From Patescibacteria group bacterium (GTDB lineage Bacteria; Patescibacteriota; Minisyncoccia; UBA6257; 2-01-FULL-56-20): a stretch of DNA of 47,136 nucleotides. The stretch covers positions 1-47,136 of the forward strand of contig JANWZH010000001.1 of assembly GCA_025054755.1 (NCBI GenBank), written 5' to 3'. Under the pieces are notes generated by a model that made no database searches, was not told the DNA's origin, and was given only the letters and a program-made list of their open reading frames with translations. Of this stretch, positions 10,629 through 19,228 are shown piece by piece. The stretch's first letter is position 1, and the number at the start of each line of letters is the position of its first letter. The position numbers and the translations under genes were made by a program.

Positions 10629-10683
10629 ACGCGCTATAAAAGCACGTAACAATATTTTAAGCTAAAAATTATTAAAATGTCAA
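10629..10683 (-). promoter_or_regulatory. Sigma70-type promoter and 5' leader hairpin for the rplC operon
   Basis: Minus strand TTGACA (10678-10683), 18 nt, TAAAAT (10654-10659), then hairpin ACGTGCT-TTTAT-AGCGCGT (10629-10647). Confidence 0.6.
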
Positions 10684-10756
10684 ATTTTATATTAGTTTTA
10701 TTGTATAAAATATTAAAAAATTTGCAAAAATTCATTAAATATATTATTATGTCTTT

Positions 10757-11023
10757 ATGTTAACTAAAAGAGTAAAATCAAAAATTATTAATGAATTTAA
10801 AATTAACGAAAAAGATACTGGATCAGCCGAAGTGCAAATTGGACTACTTACTCGTCAAATCGAAGAATTAACTAAACATCTAAAAAAGAATCCAAAAGAT
10901 AAACATTCTCGATTAGGATTATTAAAAATGGTAAGTAAACGACGCAAATTTTTAGATTATGTTAAAAAGAACAATCCAACTAATTATTCTAAAATAATTA
11001 AAAAACTAGATTTAAAAAAATAA
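10757..11023 (+). CDS. rpsO: 30S ribosomal protein S15
   Basis: DTGSAEVQIGLLT, KDKHSRLGLLKMVSKRRK. Confidence 0.98.
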   Translation: MLTKRVKSKIINEFKINEKDTGSAEVQIGLLTRQIEELTKHLKKNPKDKHSRLGLLKMVSKRRKFLDYVKKNNPTNYSKIIKKLDLKK

Positions 11024-11039
11024 AAATAAATTATAAGTT

Positions 11040-11549
11040 ATGAGAAATAATTCATTTGCAAATCAACGCGTTGGAATATTTATTGATGTTCAAAATTTAT
11101 ATCATTCTGCAAAAAACTTATATCACGGAAGAGTAAATTATTCCGAATTAATTAAAAATTTAACTAAAAATCGCCAATTAATTAGGGCTATTGCTTACGT
11201 AGTAAAAAGCGATTCTTCAATTGGAGAGCATCAATTTTTTGAGGCACTAGAAAAAGCTGGTCTTGAATTAAGATTGAAAGATTTGCAAATTTATCCTGAT
11301 GGGACCAAAAAAGCAGATTGGGATGTGGGAATGGCAGTTGACGCCATACTAATGGCTAATCATTTAGATACAATTATTTTAGTAACTGGCGATGGAGATT
11401 TTGCCCCATTAATTAATTATTTAAAATGGGCTAAAGGATGCATTGTAGAAGTAGCTGCTTTTCAAAAAACAACATCATTAAAAATTCAAGAAATGGCTGA
11501 CAAATTTATTAATTTAGAAAATATACCAAAAATTATCATTAAAAAATAA
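11040..11549 (+). CDS. NYN-domain (LabA/DUF88, PIN-like) putative ribonuclease
   Basis: IFIDVQN, KADWDVGMAVD and LVTGDGDF acidic motifs. Confidence 0.9.
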   Translation: MRNNSFANQRVGIFIDVQNLYHSAKNLYHGRVNYSELIKNLTKNRQLIRAIAYVVKSDSSIGEHQFFEALEKAGLELRLKDLQIYPDGTKKADWDVGMAVDAILMANHLDTIILVTGDGDFAPLINYLKWAKGCIVEVAAFQKTTSLKIQEMADKFINLENIPKIIIKK

Positions 11550-11558
11550 AATAAAAAT

Positions 11559-13679
11559 ATGATTAATCGCAAAATTTTTAAAACCGAATTTGCAGGAAAA
11601 AATTTAACAATTGAAATTTCAGAATTTGCTGATCAAACCAATGCTGCAGCTTTAGTTAAATATGGGGAAACAATTATTTTAGCTACAGCTGTTATGTCTA
11701 AAACAGACAGCAGCGCAGATTATTTGCCATTAAAAGTTGATTACGAAGAAAGATTTTATGCTGCCGGAAAAATTATTGGTAGTAGATTTATTAGACGCGA
11801 AAGTCGACCATCAGAAGATGCTATTTTAACTGGCAGATTAATTGATAGAGTTATTAGACCATTATTTGATCAAAGATTAAGAAGAGACATTCAAATAGTT
11901 ATTACTGTTTTATCTTATGATGAAGAAAATGATCCTGATTTTGTTGGACTAATTGGAGCTTCTATTGTTTTAGGAATATCTGATATTCCTTGGAATGGCC
12001 CAACTGCTGGCATTAAAATTGTTAAAATAGATAATCAATTTTTAATAAATCCATCTAATTCAGAAATTAAAGATAAAAATAAAGAATTTGAAATTTTTGC
12101 TGCTGGGCCACTTAATAGAATTAATATGATTGAACTTAAGGGCAATGAAGCTCAAGAAGAAAATGTGCTAGAAGCAATTAAAATTGCTCAAATTGAAATA
12201 AACAAACTAATTGAATTTCAAAAAAATATAATTACTGAAATCGGAAAACCAAAAATTGAAGCTGTTTTATATAGTCCAAATCCTGAATTAGAAAAAATAG
12301 TTAAATCATTTTTAGAAAATAAACTTTTTAATGCCTTATATGAAAGAGAAAAAAACTTAAGAAATCAAAAATTAGAAAATCTTAAAAATGAACTTAAAAA
12401 TTTTGTTTTAGAAAAAACGCAAAATACAGAATTAAAATATGAAGATAAAGAAATTGATTATTTATTTGAAAATGAAATAGACTTATTGCTACATAAAACA
12501 ATTTTAGAAAAAGAAATTAGGCCAGACGGAAGATCATTATCTGAAATTCGCGAACTTAAAGCTGAAATAGGCTTATTTCAGAAAACTCATGGCTCAGCAA
12601 TTTTTATAAGAGGTAATACTCAAAGTTTAGCCATCGTAACACTTGCTCCTCCTTCAGCTGAACAAATTATTGAAACAATGGAAGTTACTACTAAAAGAAG
12701 ATTTATGTTGCATTATAATTTTCCACCATATTCAGTTGGAGAAATTGGATCTTTTCGTGGGCCTGGACGTAGAGAAATTGGGCATGGCGCATTAGCTGAA
12801 AAAGCTTTGCAACCATTAATTCCTCAAGAAGAAATTTTTCCTTATACAATTAGAATTGTTTCGGAAATACTTTCTTCTAATGGATCATCTTCTATGGCAA
12901 CGGTTTGTTCTTCATCAATGGCATTAATGGACGCTGGCGTGCCAATAAAAAAACATGTTGCTGGTATTGCTATGGGATTAATTTTAGAAAATGAAAATGA
13001 TAATGCTAATTTTAAAGTTTTAACTGATATTCAAGGACCAGAAGATCACTTTGGGGACATGGATTTTAAAGTTGCCGGAACACGAGATGGAATAACAGCA
13101 ATTCAATTAGATGTTAAAATTTATGGTCTAACTTCTGAAATTATTAAAAAAACATTAGAAGACGCTAAAAAAGCTAAATTAAAAATTTTAGATTTTATGG
13201 AAAAAATAATCAATGCTCCAAAATCAGAACTTCATCCTAATGTTCCTAAAATATTAACTTATGACGTTAATCCTGAAAAAATTGGTTTAATTATCGGTTC
13301 AGGCGGTAAGGTTATAAATTCAATTATTAAAAAATTTAATTTAACCTCAATTGATATAAATGAAAATGGAAGAATTTATGTTTCAGCCCCAGAATTAAAA
13401 GATGCTGAAGCTGCTTTAGAAGAAATTAAATTAATTTCTAGAGAATTAAAAATTGGAGATATTGTTGTTGGCAAAGTTATAAAAAATTTAGAATTTGGAT
13501 CAATTATTGATTTAGGCGGAGGCCAAGACGCATTACTTCACATTTCAGAAATTAAAAATGATTACGTTAAAAATATTGAAGATGTTCTAAAAATTGGCGA
13601 TACAATTCAAGCTAAAGTAATTAAAATAGATGAAAACGGAAAAATTGGATTATCTATTAAACAATTAAATAATAATTAA
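11559..13679 (+). CDS. pnp: Polyribonucleotide nucleotidyltransferase (PNPase)
   Basis: RPDGR, FMLHYNFPPYS, RREIGHG, SNGSSSMA, GDMDFKVAGT; KH and S1 domains. Confidence 0.98.
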   Translation: MINRKIFKTEFAGKNLTIEISEFADQTNAAALVKYGETIILATAVMSKTDSSADYLPLKVDYEERFYAAGKIIGSRFIRRESRPSEDAILTGRLIDRVIRPLFDQRLRRDIQIVITVLSYDEENDPDFVGLIGASIVLGISDIPWNGPTAGIKIVKIDNQFLINPSNSEIKDKNKEFEIFAAGPLNRINMIELKGNEAQEENVLEAIKIAQIEINKLIEFQKNIITEIGKPKIEAVLYSPNPELEKIVKSFLENKLFNALYEREKNLRNQKLENLKNELKNFVLEKTQNTELKYEDKEIDYLFENEIDLLLHKTILEKEIRPDGRSLSEIRELKAEIGLFQKTHGSAIFIRGNTQSLAIVTLAPPSAEQIIETMEVTTKRRFMLHYNFPPYSVGEIGSFRGPGRREIGHGALAEKALQPLIPQEEIFPYTIRIVSEILSSNGSSSMATVCSSSMALMDAGVPIKKHVAGIAMGLILENENDNANFKVLTDIQGPEDHFGDMDFKVAGTRDGITAIQLDVKIYGLTSEIIKKTLEDAKKAKLKILDFMEKIINAPKSELHPNVPKILTYDVNPEKIGLIIGSGGKVINSIIKKFNLTSIDINENGRIYVSAPELKDAEAALEEIKLISRELKIGDIVVGKVIKNLEFGSIIDLGGGQDALLHISEIKNDYVKNIEDVLKIGDTIQAKVIKIDENGKIGLSIKQLNNN

Positions 13680-13680
13680 T

Positions 13681-15411
13681 TTACATTTTATCTACTACCT
13701 CAATTCCTAACAAATTTAGTCCTGTTTTCAAAATAAAAGATACAAAATGAATTAATTTAAGTCTTTCTAATTTAATTTTATTTTCTTTTTCTTTTAAAAT
13801 TTTTGTTGTCTCGTAAAATTTATTTAATAAAATTGCTAATTCATATAAATAATTAGCCAAATAACTAGTTAAATAATTTTTAGCACTTAAATTTAATATT
13901 TCTGGAAAAATCAAAATTTTCTTAATTAAATTAATCTCAAGTTCACTATTTAAATTTTTAATTTTAACTTTATTTAACTCAGATAATTTAATTTTTGATT
14001 TTTTTAAAATACTTTGAATTCGAGCATAACTATATTGAATGTAAGGAGCGCTCTGGCCCCTTAAATCTATCATTTTTGACCAATCAAAAACAATGTTGTT
14101 ACGACGATGCTCTTTTAAATCATTGTATTTAATTGCGCCTATACCAACAATTTGAGCAATTTTTTCTTTTTGTTTATTAGTTAAATTTTTATTTTTATTT
14201 ACTATTTTAAAAGCCAATTTAATTGCTTTATTTAAAACATCTTCTAAAAAAATTAAATTACCTTCTCTAGTTTTTAATTTCTTTTTATTTTCTCCTAAAA
14301 CCAAACCATATTTTAAATGTATTAATTTAGAACTATCTAAATTTAATAATTGAGCAATAGCAAATAATTGATTAAAATGTAATGTTTGCTCATTGCCTAC
14401 TACATAAACAATTTTATCTGGTTTAAATTTTTTAAATCTAAAAATTAAATTAGCAATATCGCGAGTTAAATAAAGACTTGCTTCGTCTGATTTTAAAATT
14501 AAAGCTGGTGGCAAATTAAATTTTTCAAGTGGGACAATAATTGCTCCTTCATTTTTTTGAGCAATTTTTAAATTTAAAAGCAAATTAATTATTTTAGAAA
14601 TATCTTTTTCATAAAAACTTTCGCCTATCCAAATATCAAATTTCACATTAAGCAATTTATAAATTTTTTTAAATTCTAAAATAGATTCACGCCTAAACCA
14701 AGACCAAAGTTTTAAATTTTCTTTATTTTTTAATTCTAAAAGTCTAAATTCTTCTTGGCCCATTTTTTTTAATTCAGGATTTTTTTTCATTGCATGATGA
14801 AAACGAATATATAATTTTAACATCGTATTAATTGGATTTTTTTCTAATTCAGTTTTATTCCCCCATAATTTATAAGCTGCAATCAAATAACCAAATTGCG
14901 TACCCCAATCTCCCAAATAATTCCAACGAATTACTTTATATCCTAAAAATTCATAAATATTTGCTAAAGCATCTCCAATAATTGTCCCGCGCAAATGACC
15001 AACATGCATTTTTTTAGCAATATTTGGATCAGAATATTCAAAAATAATTTTTTTGTTTTTAAATTTTTGTTTACCAAAATTTTTATTTTTTAAAATTTTA
15101 TTAAATTCTAATAGAAATTCATCTTTATTTATCCAAAAATTTAAAAATCCTGATCCAGCAACCTCAATTTTTTCAAAAAAATTTTTATGATTTTGTTTTA
15201 AAATTGTTTCTTTTAAATCATGAGCAATTAATTTTGGATTATTTTTTAATATTCCAGCTAACTTAAAAGCAATATTAGTAGAAAAATCTCCAAAATCTTT
15301 TTTATCTAAAAAATTAGATTCAATCTCAATATTTAAATCTTCTAAATTTAAATTTTTAGAATATTTTTCTTTAATGGCTAATTTTAAAATACTTAAAATT
15401 TTATTTTGCAT
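13681..15411 (-). CDS. argS: Arginine--tRNA ligase
   Basis: FGDFSTN, EYSDPNIAKKMHVGHLR, NYLGDWGTQFG, PYIQYSYARI; ATG at 15411 preferred. Confidence 0.97.
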   Translation of the reverse strand: MQNKILSILKLAIKEKYSKNLNLEDLNIEIESNFLDKKDFGDFSTNIAFKLAGILKNNPKLIAHDLKETILKQNHKNFFEKIEVAGSGFLNFWINKDEFLLEFNKILKNKNFGKQKFKNKKIIFEYSDPNIAKKMHVGHLRGTIIGDALANIYEFLGYKVIRWNYLGDWGTQFGYLIAAYKLWGNKTELEKNPINTMLKLYIRFHHAMKKNPELKKMGQEEFRLLELKNKENLKLWSWFRRESILEFKKIYKLLNVKFDIWIGESFYEKDISKIINLLLNLKIAQKNEGAIIVPLEKFNLPPALILKSDEASLYLTRDIANLIFRFKKFKPDKIVYVVGNEQTLHFNQLFAIAQLLNLDSSKLIHLKYGLVLGENKKKLKTREGNLIFLEDVLNKAIKLAFKIVNKNKNLTNKQKEKIAQIVGIGAIKYNDLKEHRRNNIVFDWSKMIDLRGQSAPYIQYSYARIQSILKKSKIKLSELNKVKIKNLNSELEINLIKKILIFPEILNLSAKNYLTSYLANYLYELAILLNKFYETTKILKEKENKIKLERLKLIHFVSFILKTGLNLLGIEVVDKM

Positions 15412-15439
15412 ATAAAAAATATAACCCAAAACTATACTC

Positions 15440-15467
15440 TTGACAATATTTTAAAAAGTACTATACT
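15440..15467 (+). promoter_or_regulatory. Promoter of small RNA 1
   Basis: TTGACA 15440-15445, 16 nt, TATACT 15462-15467. Confidence 0.7.
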
Positions 15468-15476
15468 AACAATTAA

Positions 15477-15540
15477 GGGGCGCGAATCAAGAAGGGACTG
15501 TCTATCACCTTCATCCCCTACAATAAGGGAATGCGCCCCA
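15477..15540 (+). ncRNA. Putative small structured RNA 1 (three-way junction, tRNA-like without a D stem)
   Basis: GC-rich island. GGGGCGCG (15477-84) pairs with TGCGCCCC (15532-39). Inner hairpins GAAGG-GA/CTGTCTA/TC-A-CCTTC and TCCC/GGGA. Has its own promoter and terminator and no ORF. Confidence 0.65.
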
Positions 15541-15548
15541 AACTCAAC

Positions 15549-15572
15549 AAGCCGCCTTTTGGCGGCTTTTTT
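15549..15572 (+). terminator. Intrinsic terminator after small RNA 1
   Basis: AAGCCGCC-TTTT-GGCGGCTT followed by a T tract. Confidence 0.85.
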
Positions 15573-15585
15573 ATTATAACCAATA

Positions 15586-15614
15586 TTGACATAAAAAAAA
15601 TAATTTGTTAATTT
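15586..15614 (+). promoter_or_regulatory. Promoter of small RNA 2
   Basis: TTGACA 15586-15591, 17 nt, extended -10 TGtTAATTT; predicted start at about G15620. Confidence 0.6.
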
Positions 15615-15619
15615 ATTTT

Positions 15620-15678
15620 GGGCGCAAAAATAATCCCGTAAATCCGGGAGAAAGACCCAAAAAGGTCGGCGCCCACCA
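15620..15678 (+). ncRNA. Putative small structured RNA 2 (three-way junction ending in ACCA)
   Basis: GGGCGC (15620-25) pairs with GCGCCC (15669-74), followed by A-CCA. Inner hairpins TCCCG/TAAATC/CGGGA and GACC/CAAAAA/GGTC. Confidence 0.65.
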
Positions 15679-15688
15679 AAATATTTTT

Positions 15689-15722
15689 GCCCCGCAAAAT
15701 TTAAAAAATAGCGGGGTTTTTT
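15689..15722 (+). terminator. Intrinsic terminator after small RNA 2
   Basis: GCCCCGC...GCGGGGT stem (15-nt loop) followed by a T tract. Confidence 0.65.
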
Positions 15723-15753
15723 ATTTTATTAAAATCAATTTATAATTAAAATT

Positions 15754-16194
15754 ATGAAAATAATTTCAGAAAACAAAAAAGCTTTGTTCGATTACGAAAT
15801 ATTAGAAAAGTTTGAGGCTGGTATAGAACTTTTTGGTTTTGAAGCAAAATCAGCTAAATCTGGAAGGTTTAATATTACTGGAAGCTATGCTGTTGCAAAA
15901 AACAATCAAATATTTTTAATTAATTCAGAAATCGAACCACTGCAGCCAAAAAATATTCAAATTAATTATGATTCAAAAAGAAACAGAAAATTATTACTCC
16001 ATAAATCAGAAATAAAATATTTGATTGGAAAATTAAATCAAAAATTAATGTTAATTCCTCTAAAAACTTATATTAAAAATAATTTAATAAAAATAGAGCT
16101 TGGCTTGGGCAAAATTAGAAAAAAAATAGATAAAAGAGAAATTATCAAAAAAAGAGAAATACAGCAAAAAATTAAAAAAATTATAAATCAATAA
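15754..16194 (+). CDS. smpB: SsrA-binding protein SmpB
   Basis: NKKALFDYEILEKFEAGIELFG.E.KS, RKLLLHKSEI, DKREIIK. Confidence 0.97.
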   Translation: MKIISENKKALFDYEILEKFEAGIELFGFEAKSAKSGRFNITGSYAVAKNNQIFLINSEIEPLQPKNIQINYDSKRNRKLLLHKSEIKYLIGKLNQKLMLIPLKTYIKNNLIKIELGLGKIRKKIDKREIIKKREIQQKIKKIINQ

Positions 16195-16200
16195 TTTTTG

Positions 16201-16273
16201 TGCGCCCACTTGGATTCGAACCAAGGACCCCTGACTTATAAGGTCAGTGCTCTAACCGCTGAGCTATGGGCGC
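16201..16273 (-). tRNA. tRNA-Ile, anticodon UAU (CCA not encoded)
   Basis: GCGCCCA-TAGCTCAGCGGTTAGAGC-A-CTGAC-CT TAT AA-GTCAG-GGGTC-CTTGG-TTCGAAT-CCAAG-TGGGCGC-A; complete 73-nt cloverleaf. Confidence 0.95.
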
Positions 16274-16274
16274 A

Positions 16275-16865
16275 TTATTTTAAAGCATTATCAAACTTCT
16301 CCATCTCAATATTTGCTTGATTATTAGCATTATTTATTGCATCTACCTCTCTATTAATTTTATTAATTAAATCAATTATTGTCTCGCGATTATTTTTACC
16401 ATAAAACCTATCTTGCAAAGCTAGATTAAGTTGAAATAAATAATCACGATAATTAATCAAATGATTAATAATTGCTAATCTGGTGGTAATAGCAGAAAGG
16501 GCATATATTTCTCCGCCATTAGCCTTAATATTGTTTAATTCCTTAGTCATTATTTCTAATTCCCTTGAAAGTTCAACAGCTTTTTGACTAATATCTAATA
16601 TTTTTAGATTTGTTTCATTTAATAAATTAAAAGCTTCCTTATATTTTTGTTCTTGATCAAAGCTATTAATTTTGAAAAGATTATCCTTAACTTGATTAGA
16701 TAAATTAATTATATCTCCAGCAATTAAAGCAGTTTGCATTCTACTATTTATAAAATTATCTGTTAAATAAACCTTTCTCCAGGAAATAAAATTTAAAATT
16801 CCATAAGCTCCTAAAACAATAAAAATAAAAACTAGATAAAATTTTTTATCCCTAAAAATATTCAT
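16275..16865 (-). CDS. Hypothetical protein, N-terminal TM anchor plus helical/coiled-coil region
   Basis: 196-aa ORF; stop codon is 1 nt from the tRNA 5' end. Confidence 0.75.
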   Translation of the reverse strand: MNIFRDKKFYLVFIFIVLGAYGILNFISWRKVYLTDNFINSRMQTALIAGDIINLSNQVKDNLFKINSFDQEQKYKEAFNLLNETNLKILDISQKAVELSRELEIMTKELNNIKANGGEIYALSAITTRLAIINHLINYRDYLFQLNLALQDRFYGKNNRETIIDLINKINREVDAINNANNQANIEMEKFDNALK

Positions 16866-16912
16866 TTTAATAATTCATATTTTGACATAAATTTTCAAAA
16901 TATGCAAATTTA

Positions 16913-18037
16913 TTATTTTATAATTCCACCGCCAATTAATTCAAAATTATTGTTTTTATATGGTAAATATAATACAGCTGATTGTCCGGGAGCAACAAAT
17001 TTTTGCGGAGTGTCAAAAACTAACTTAATTCGTTTTTTTTGTTGTAAAAGTGTTGCTGAAAATAATGGTTGACGATAACGCAAACGACAATAAACTTTAA
17101 TATTTTTTTCGCTTAAAAATTTATTTTTATAAAAATCAGATGTAAAATTAATTTGCTCTAAGCTAATTTCTTTTTTATATAAAGCAGGGCTTTCTCCTAC
17201 TGATACAATTAAAATATTTTTTTTAAAATCTTTATCAACTACATAAAGAGGTTGGTTAAAATTTTTATTTGAATTAAAACCACTAGAACTGACGCCAATA
17301 TGTCTTTGACCGATAGTATAAAACCAAATTCCCTTATGTCTACCAATTATTTGCCCATCAGTTGTTAAAACATCTCCTGGTTTTTCTTTAATAAAATTTT
17401 TTAAAAAATCAGCAATTTTTACTTTGCCCAAAAAACAAATTCCCTGAGAATCTTTCTTATTAAAAACTAAAAGGCCAGCTTTTTTAGCTAAATCCCTTAC
17501 TTCAGTTTTCAAATAATTTCCAATCGGAAATAAAGCATTCTTAATTTGATTTTGATTAAGCATCCATAAAAAATAAGATTGATCTTTTGATAGATCTTTA
17601 GCTTGAATTAATTTTTCAAAATTTAAACTTTTATTCTTAATTTTTTTAACATAATGTCCAGTAGCAACAAAATCTGCTCCTAAATCTTTAGCTTTTTTTA
17701 AAAATAATCCAAATTTAATTTGTTTGTTACAAAAAACATCAGGATTAGGAGTTAACCCTTGTTTATAAGTTTGAATCATGTAATCTACTACTTCTTTTTT
17801 ATATTCTTTTTCAAAATTCCAAACATAAAAAGGAATTTTTAATTGTTCAGCTACTCTACGGGCATCTTCTGAATCTTTTTCCCACGGACAATCAACTAAA
17901 TCCGTATTTGACCAAGAACGAATAAAAATTCCTACCACATTAAAACCTCTTTTTTTCAAAAGCATTGCCGCTACAGAACTATCAACCCCACCAGACATCC
18001 CAACAAAAACTAATTGTTTTTTTCTAATTTGATTCAT
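16913..18037 (-). CDS. mnmA: tRNA 2-thiouridine(34) synthase MnmA
   Basis: MSGGVDSS, TPNPDVFCN, ATGHY, KDQSYFL, KDSQGICF, PGQSAV. Confidence 0.97.
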   Translation of the reverse strand: MNQIRKKQLVFVGMSGGVDSSVAAMLLKKRGFNVVGIFIRSWSNTDLVDCPWEKDSEDARRVAEQLKIPFYVWNFEKEYKKEVVDYMIQTYKQGLTPNPDVFCNKQIKFGLFLKKAKDLGADFVATGHYVKKIKNKSLNFEKLIQAKDLSKDQSYFLWMLNQNQIKNALFPIGNYLKTEVRDLAKKAGLLVFNKKDSQGICFLGKVKIADFLKNFIKEKPGDVLTTDGQIIGRHKGIWFYTIGQRHIGVSSSGFNSNKNFNQPLYVVDKDFKKNILIVSVGESPALYKKEISLEQINFTSDFYKNKFLSEKNIKVYCRLRYRQPLFSATLLQQKKRIKLVFDTPQKFVAPGQSAVLYLPYKNNNFELIGGGIIK

Positions 18038-18135
18038 AAAATAAAATCATAATACAAATAAAATAATAAAAAAATAAATTAAAATACCATCTTAATTTCT
18101 TCCATTTTTTTAAAAAATCATATAAATTAATTTAT

Positions 18136-19224
18136 ATGAAAATACTAGCTATTGAAACATCTTGCGATGAAACATCGCTTGCTTTAATTAAATCCAAACA
18201 AGACAAAAAATCAAATTTGCCAAAATTTAAAATTTTAAAAAATCTAATTTCTTCTCAAATAAAAATACATCAAGCTTTTGGCGGAGTCGTTCCAAATCTA
18301 GCTAAAAGAGAACATTTAAAAAATCTGCCCATTTTATTTAAAAAACTTAGCAAAGAAAATTTAAATTCTAAATCAACAAAATTAAAAAATTTTTTAAAAT
18401 CAATCAATATATTAACCGTAACTATTGGCCCTGGTCTTGAGCCAGCTCTTTGGACTGGAATAAATTTTACAAAAGAAATCATAAATCAATACAAAACTTT
18501 AAAAATTCCAAAACCTAAAATTATTGGTTCAAATCATTTACTTGGCCACTTATATAGTTTTTTATTAGACCCTAAAATTACTAAAAATAAAATTAAATCT
18601 GAAAAAGAAATTTTTCCAGCTATAGCTTTAATTGTTAGCGGTGGACATACTATTTTAATTTTAATGGAATCACTTTTTAAATATAAAAAACTTGGTGAAA
18701 CAAGAGATGATGCTTGCGGAGAAAGTTTCGATAAAGTTGCGCGAATGCTTAATTTGCCATACCCAGGAGGGCCACAAATAGAAAAAATTGCTCAATTTGG
18801 AAATAATAAAGCTATTCAATTTCCTAGGCCAATGATAAATGAAAAAAATTATGATTTTAGTTTTTCTGGTTTAAAAACTTCTGTTTTTTATTTTTTAAGA
18901 AATTATAAAACAATTGATTCTCAAACTAAAAATGATATTGCAGCGTCTTTTCAACAAGCAGCTTTTGATGTTTTAATCAAAAAAACTTTTCGAGCCGCAA
19001 ACGAATTTGGCGCTAAATCAATTATGCTTTCTGGAGGAGTATCTGCAAACAAAACCCTAAGAAATCAATTTTCTAGATTATGCCGAAATGAAAAAAAGTT
19101 GTTTTTTGTTCCACCTTTTGTATATAATACAGATAACGCTGTAATGATTGCTATTTCAGCTTTTATTTTAAATCAAAAAAATAAAAATTATAGATTAATT
19201 GCAAGGGGCGATTTAAATATTTAA
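18136..19224 (+). CDS. tsaD: tRNA t6A37 threonylcarbamoyltransferase TsaD
   Basis: IETSCDET, GGVVP, HLLGH, SGGHT, DDACGESFDK, TDNAVMIA. Confidence 0.97.
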   Translation: MKILAIETSCDETSLALIKSKQDKKSNLPKFKILKNLISSQIKIHQAFGGVVPNLAKREHLKNLPILFKKLSKENLNSKSTKLKNFLKSINILTVTIGPGLEPALWTGINFTKEIINQYKTLKIPKPKIIGSNHLLGHLYSFLLDPKITKNKIKSEKEIFPAIALIVSGGHTILILMESLFKYKKLGETRDDACGESFDKVARMLNLPYPGGPQIEKIAQFGNNKAIQFPRPMINEKNYDFSFSGLKTSVFYFLRNYKTIDSQTKNDIAASFQQAAFDVLIKKTFRAANEFGAKSIMLSGGVSANKTLRNQFSRLCRNEKKLFFVPPFVYNTDNAVMIAISAFILNQKNKNYRLIARGDLNI

Positions 19225-19228
19225 TTTT

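Noticed and set aside
15477..15678. Small RNAs as canonical tRNA-Asp, a split tmRNA, or an smpB riboswitch
   Set aside because: There is no D-arm or T-loop consensus, an intact tmRNA exists at 23095, RNA1 has no downstream ORF, and smpB has its own -10 box.
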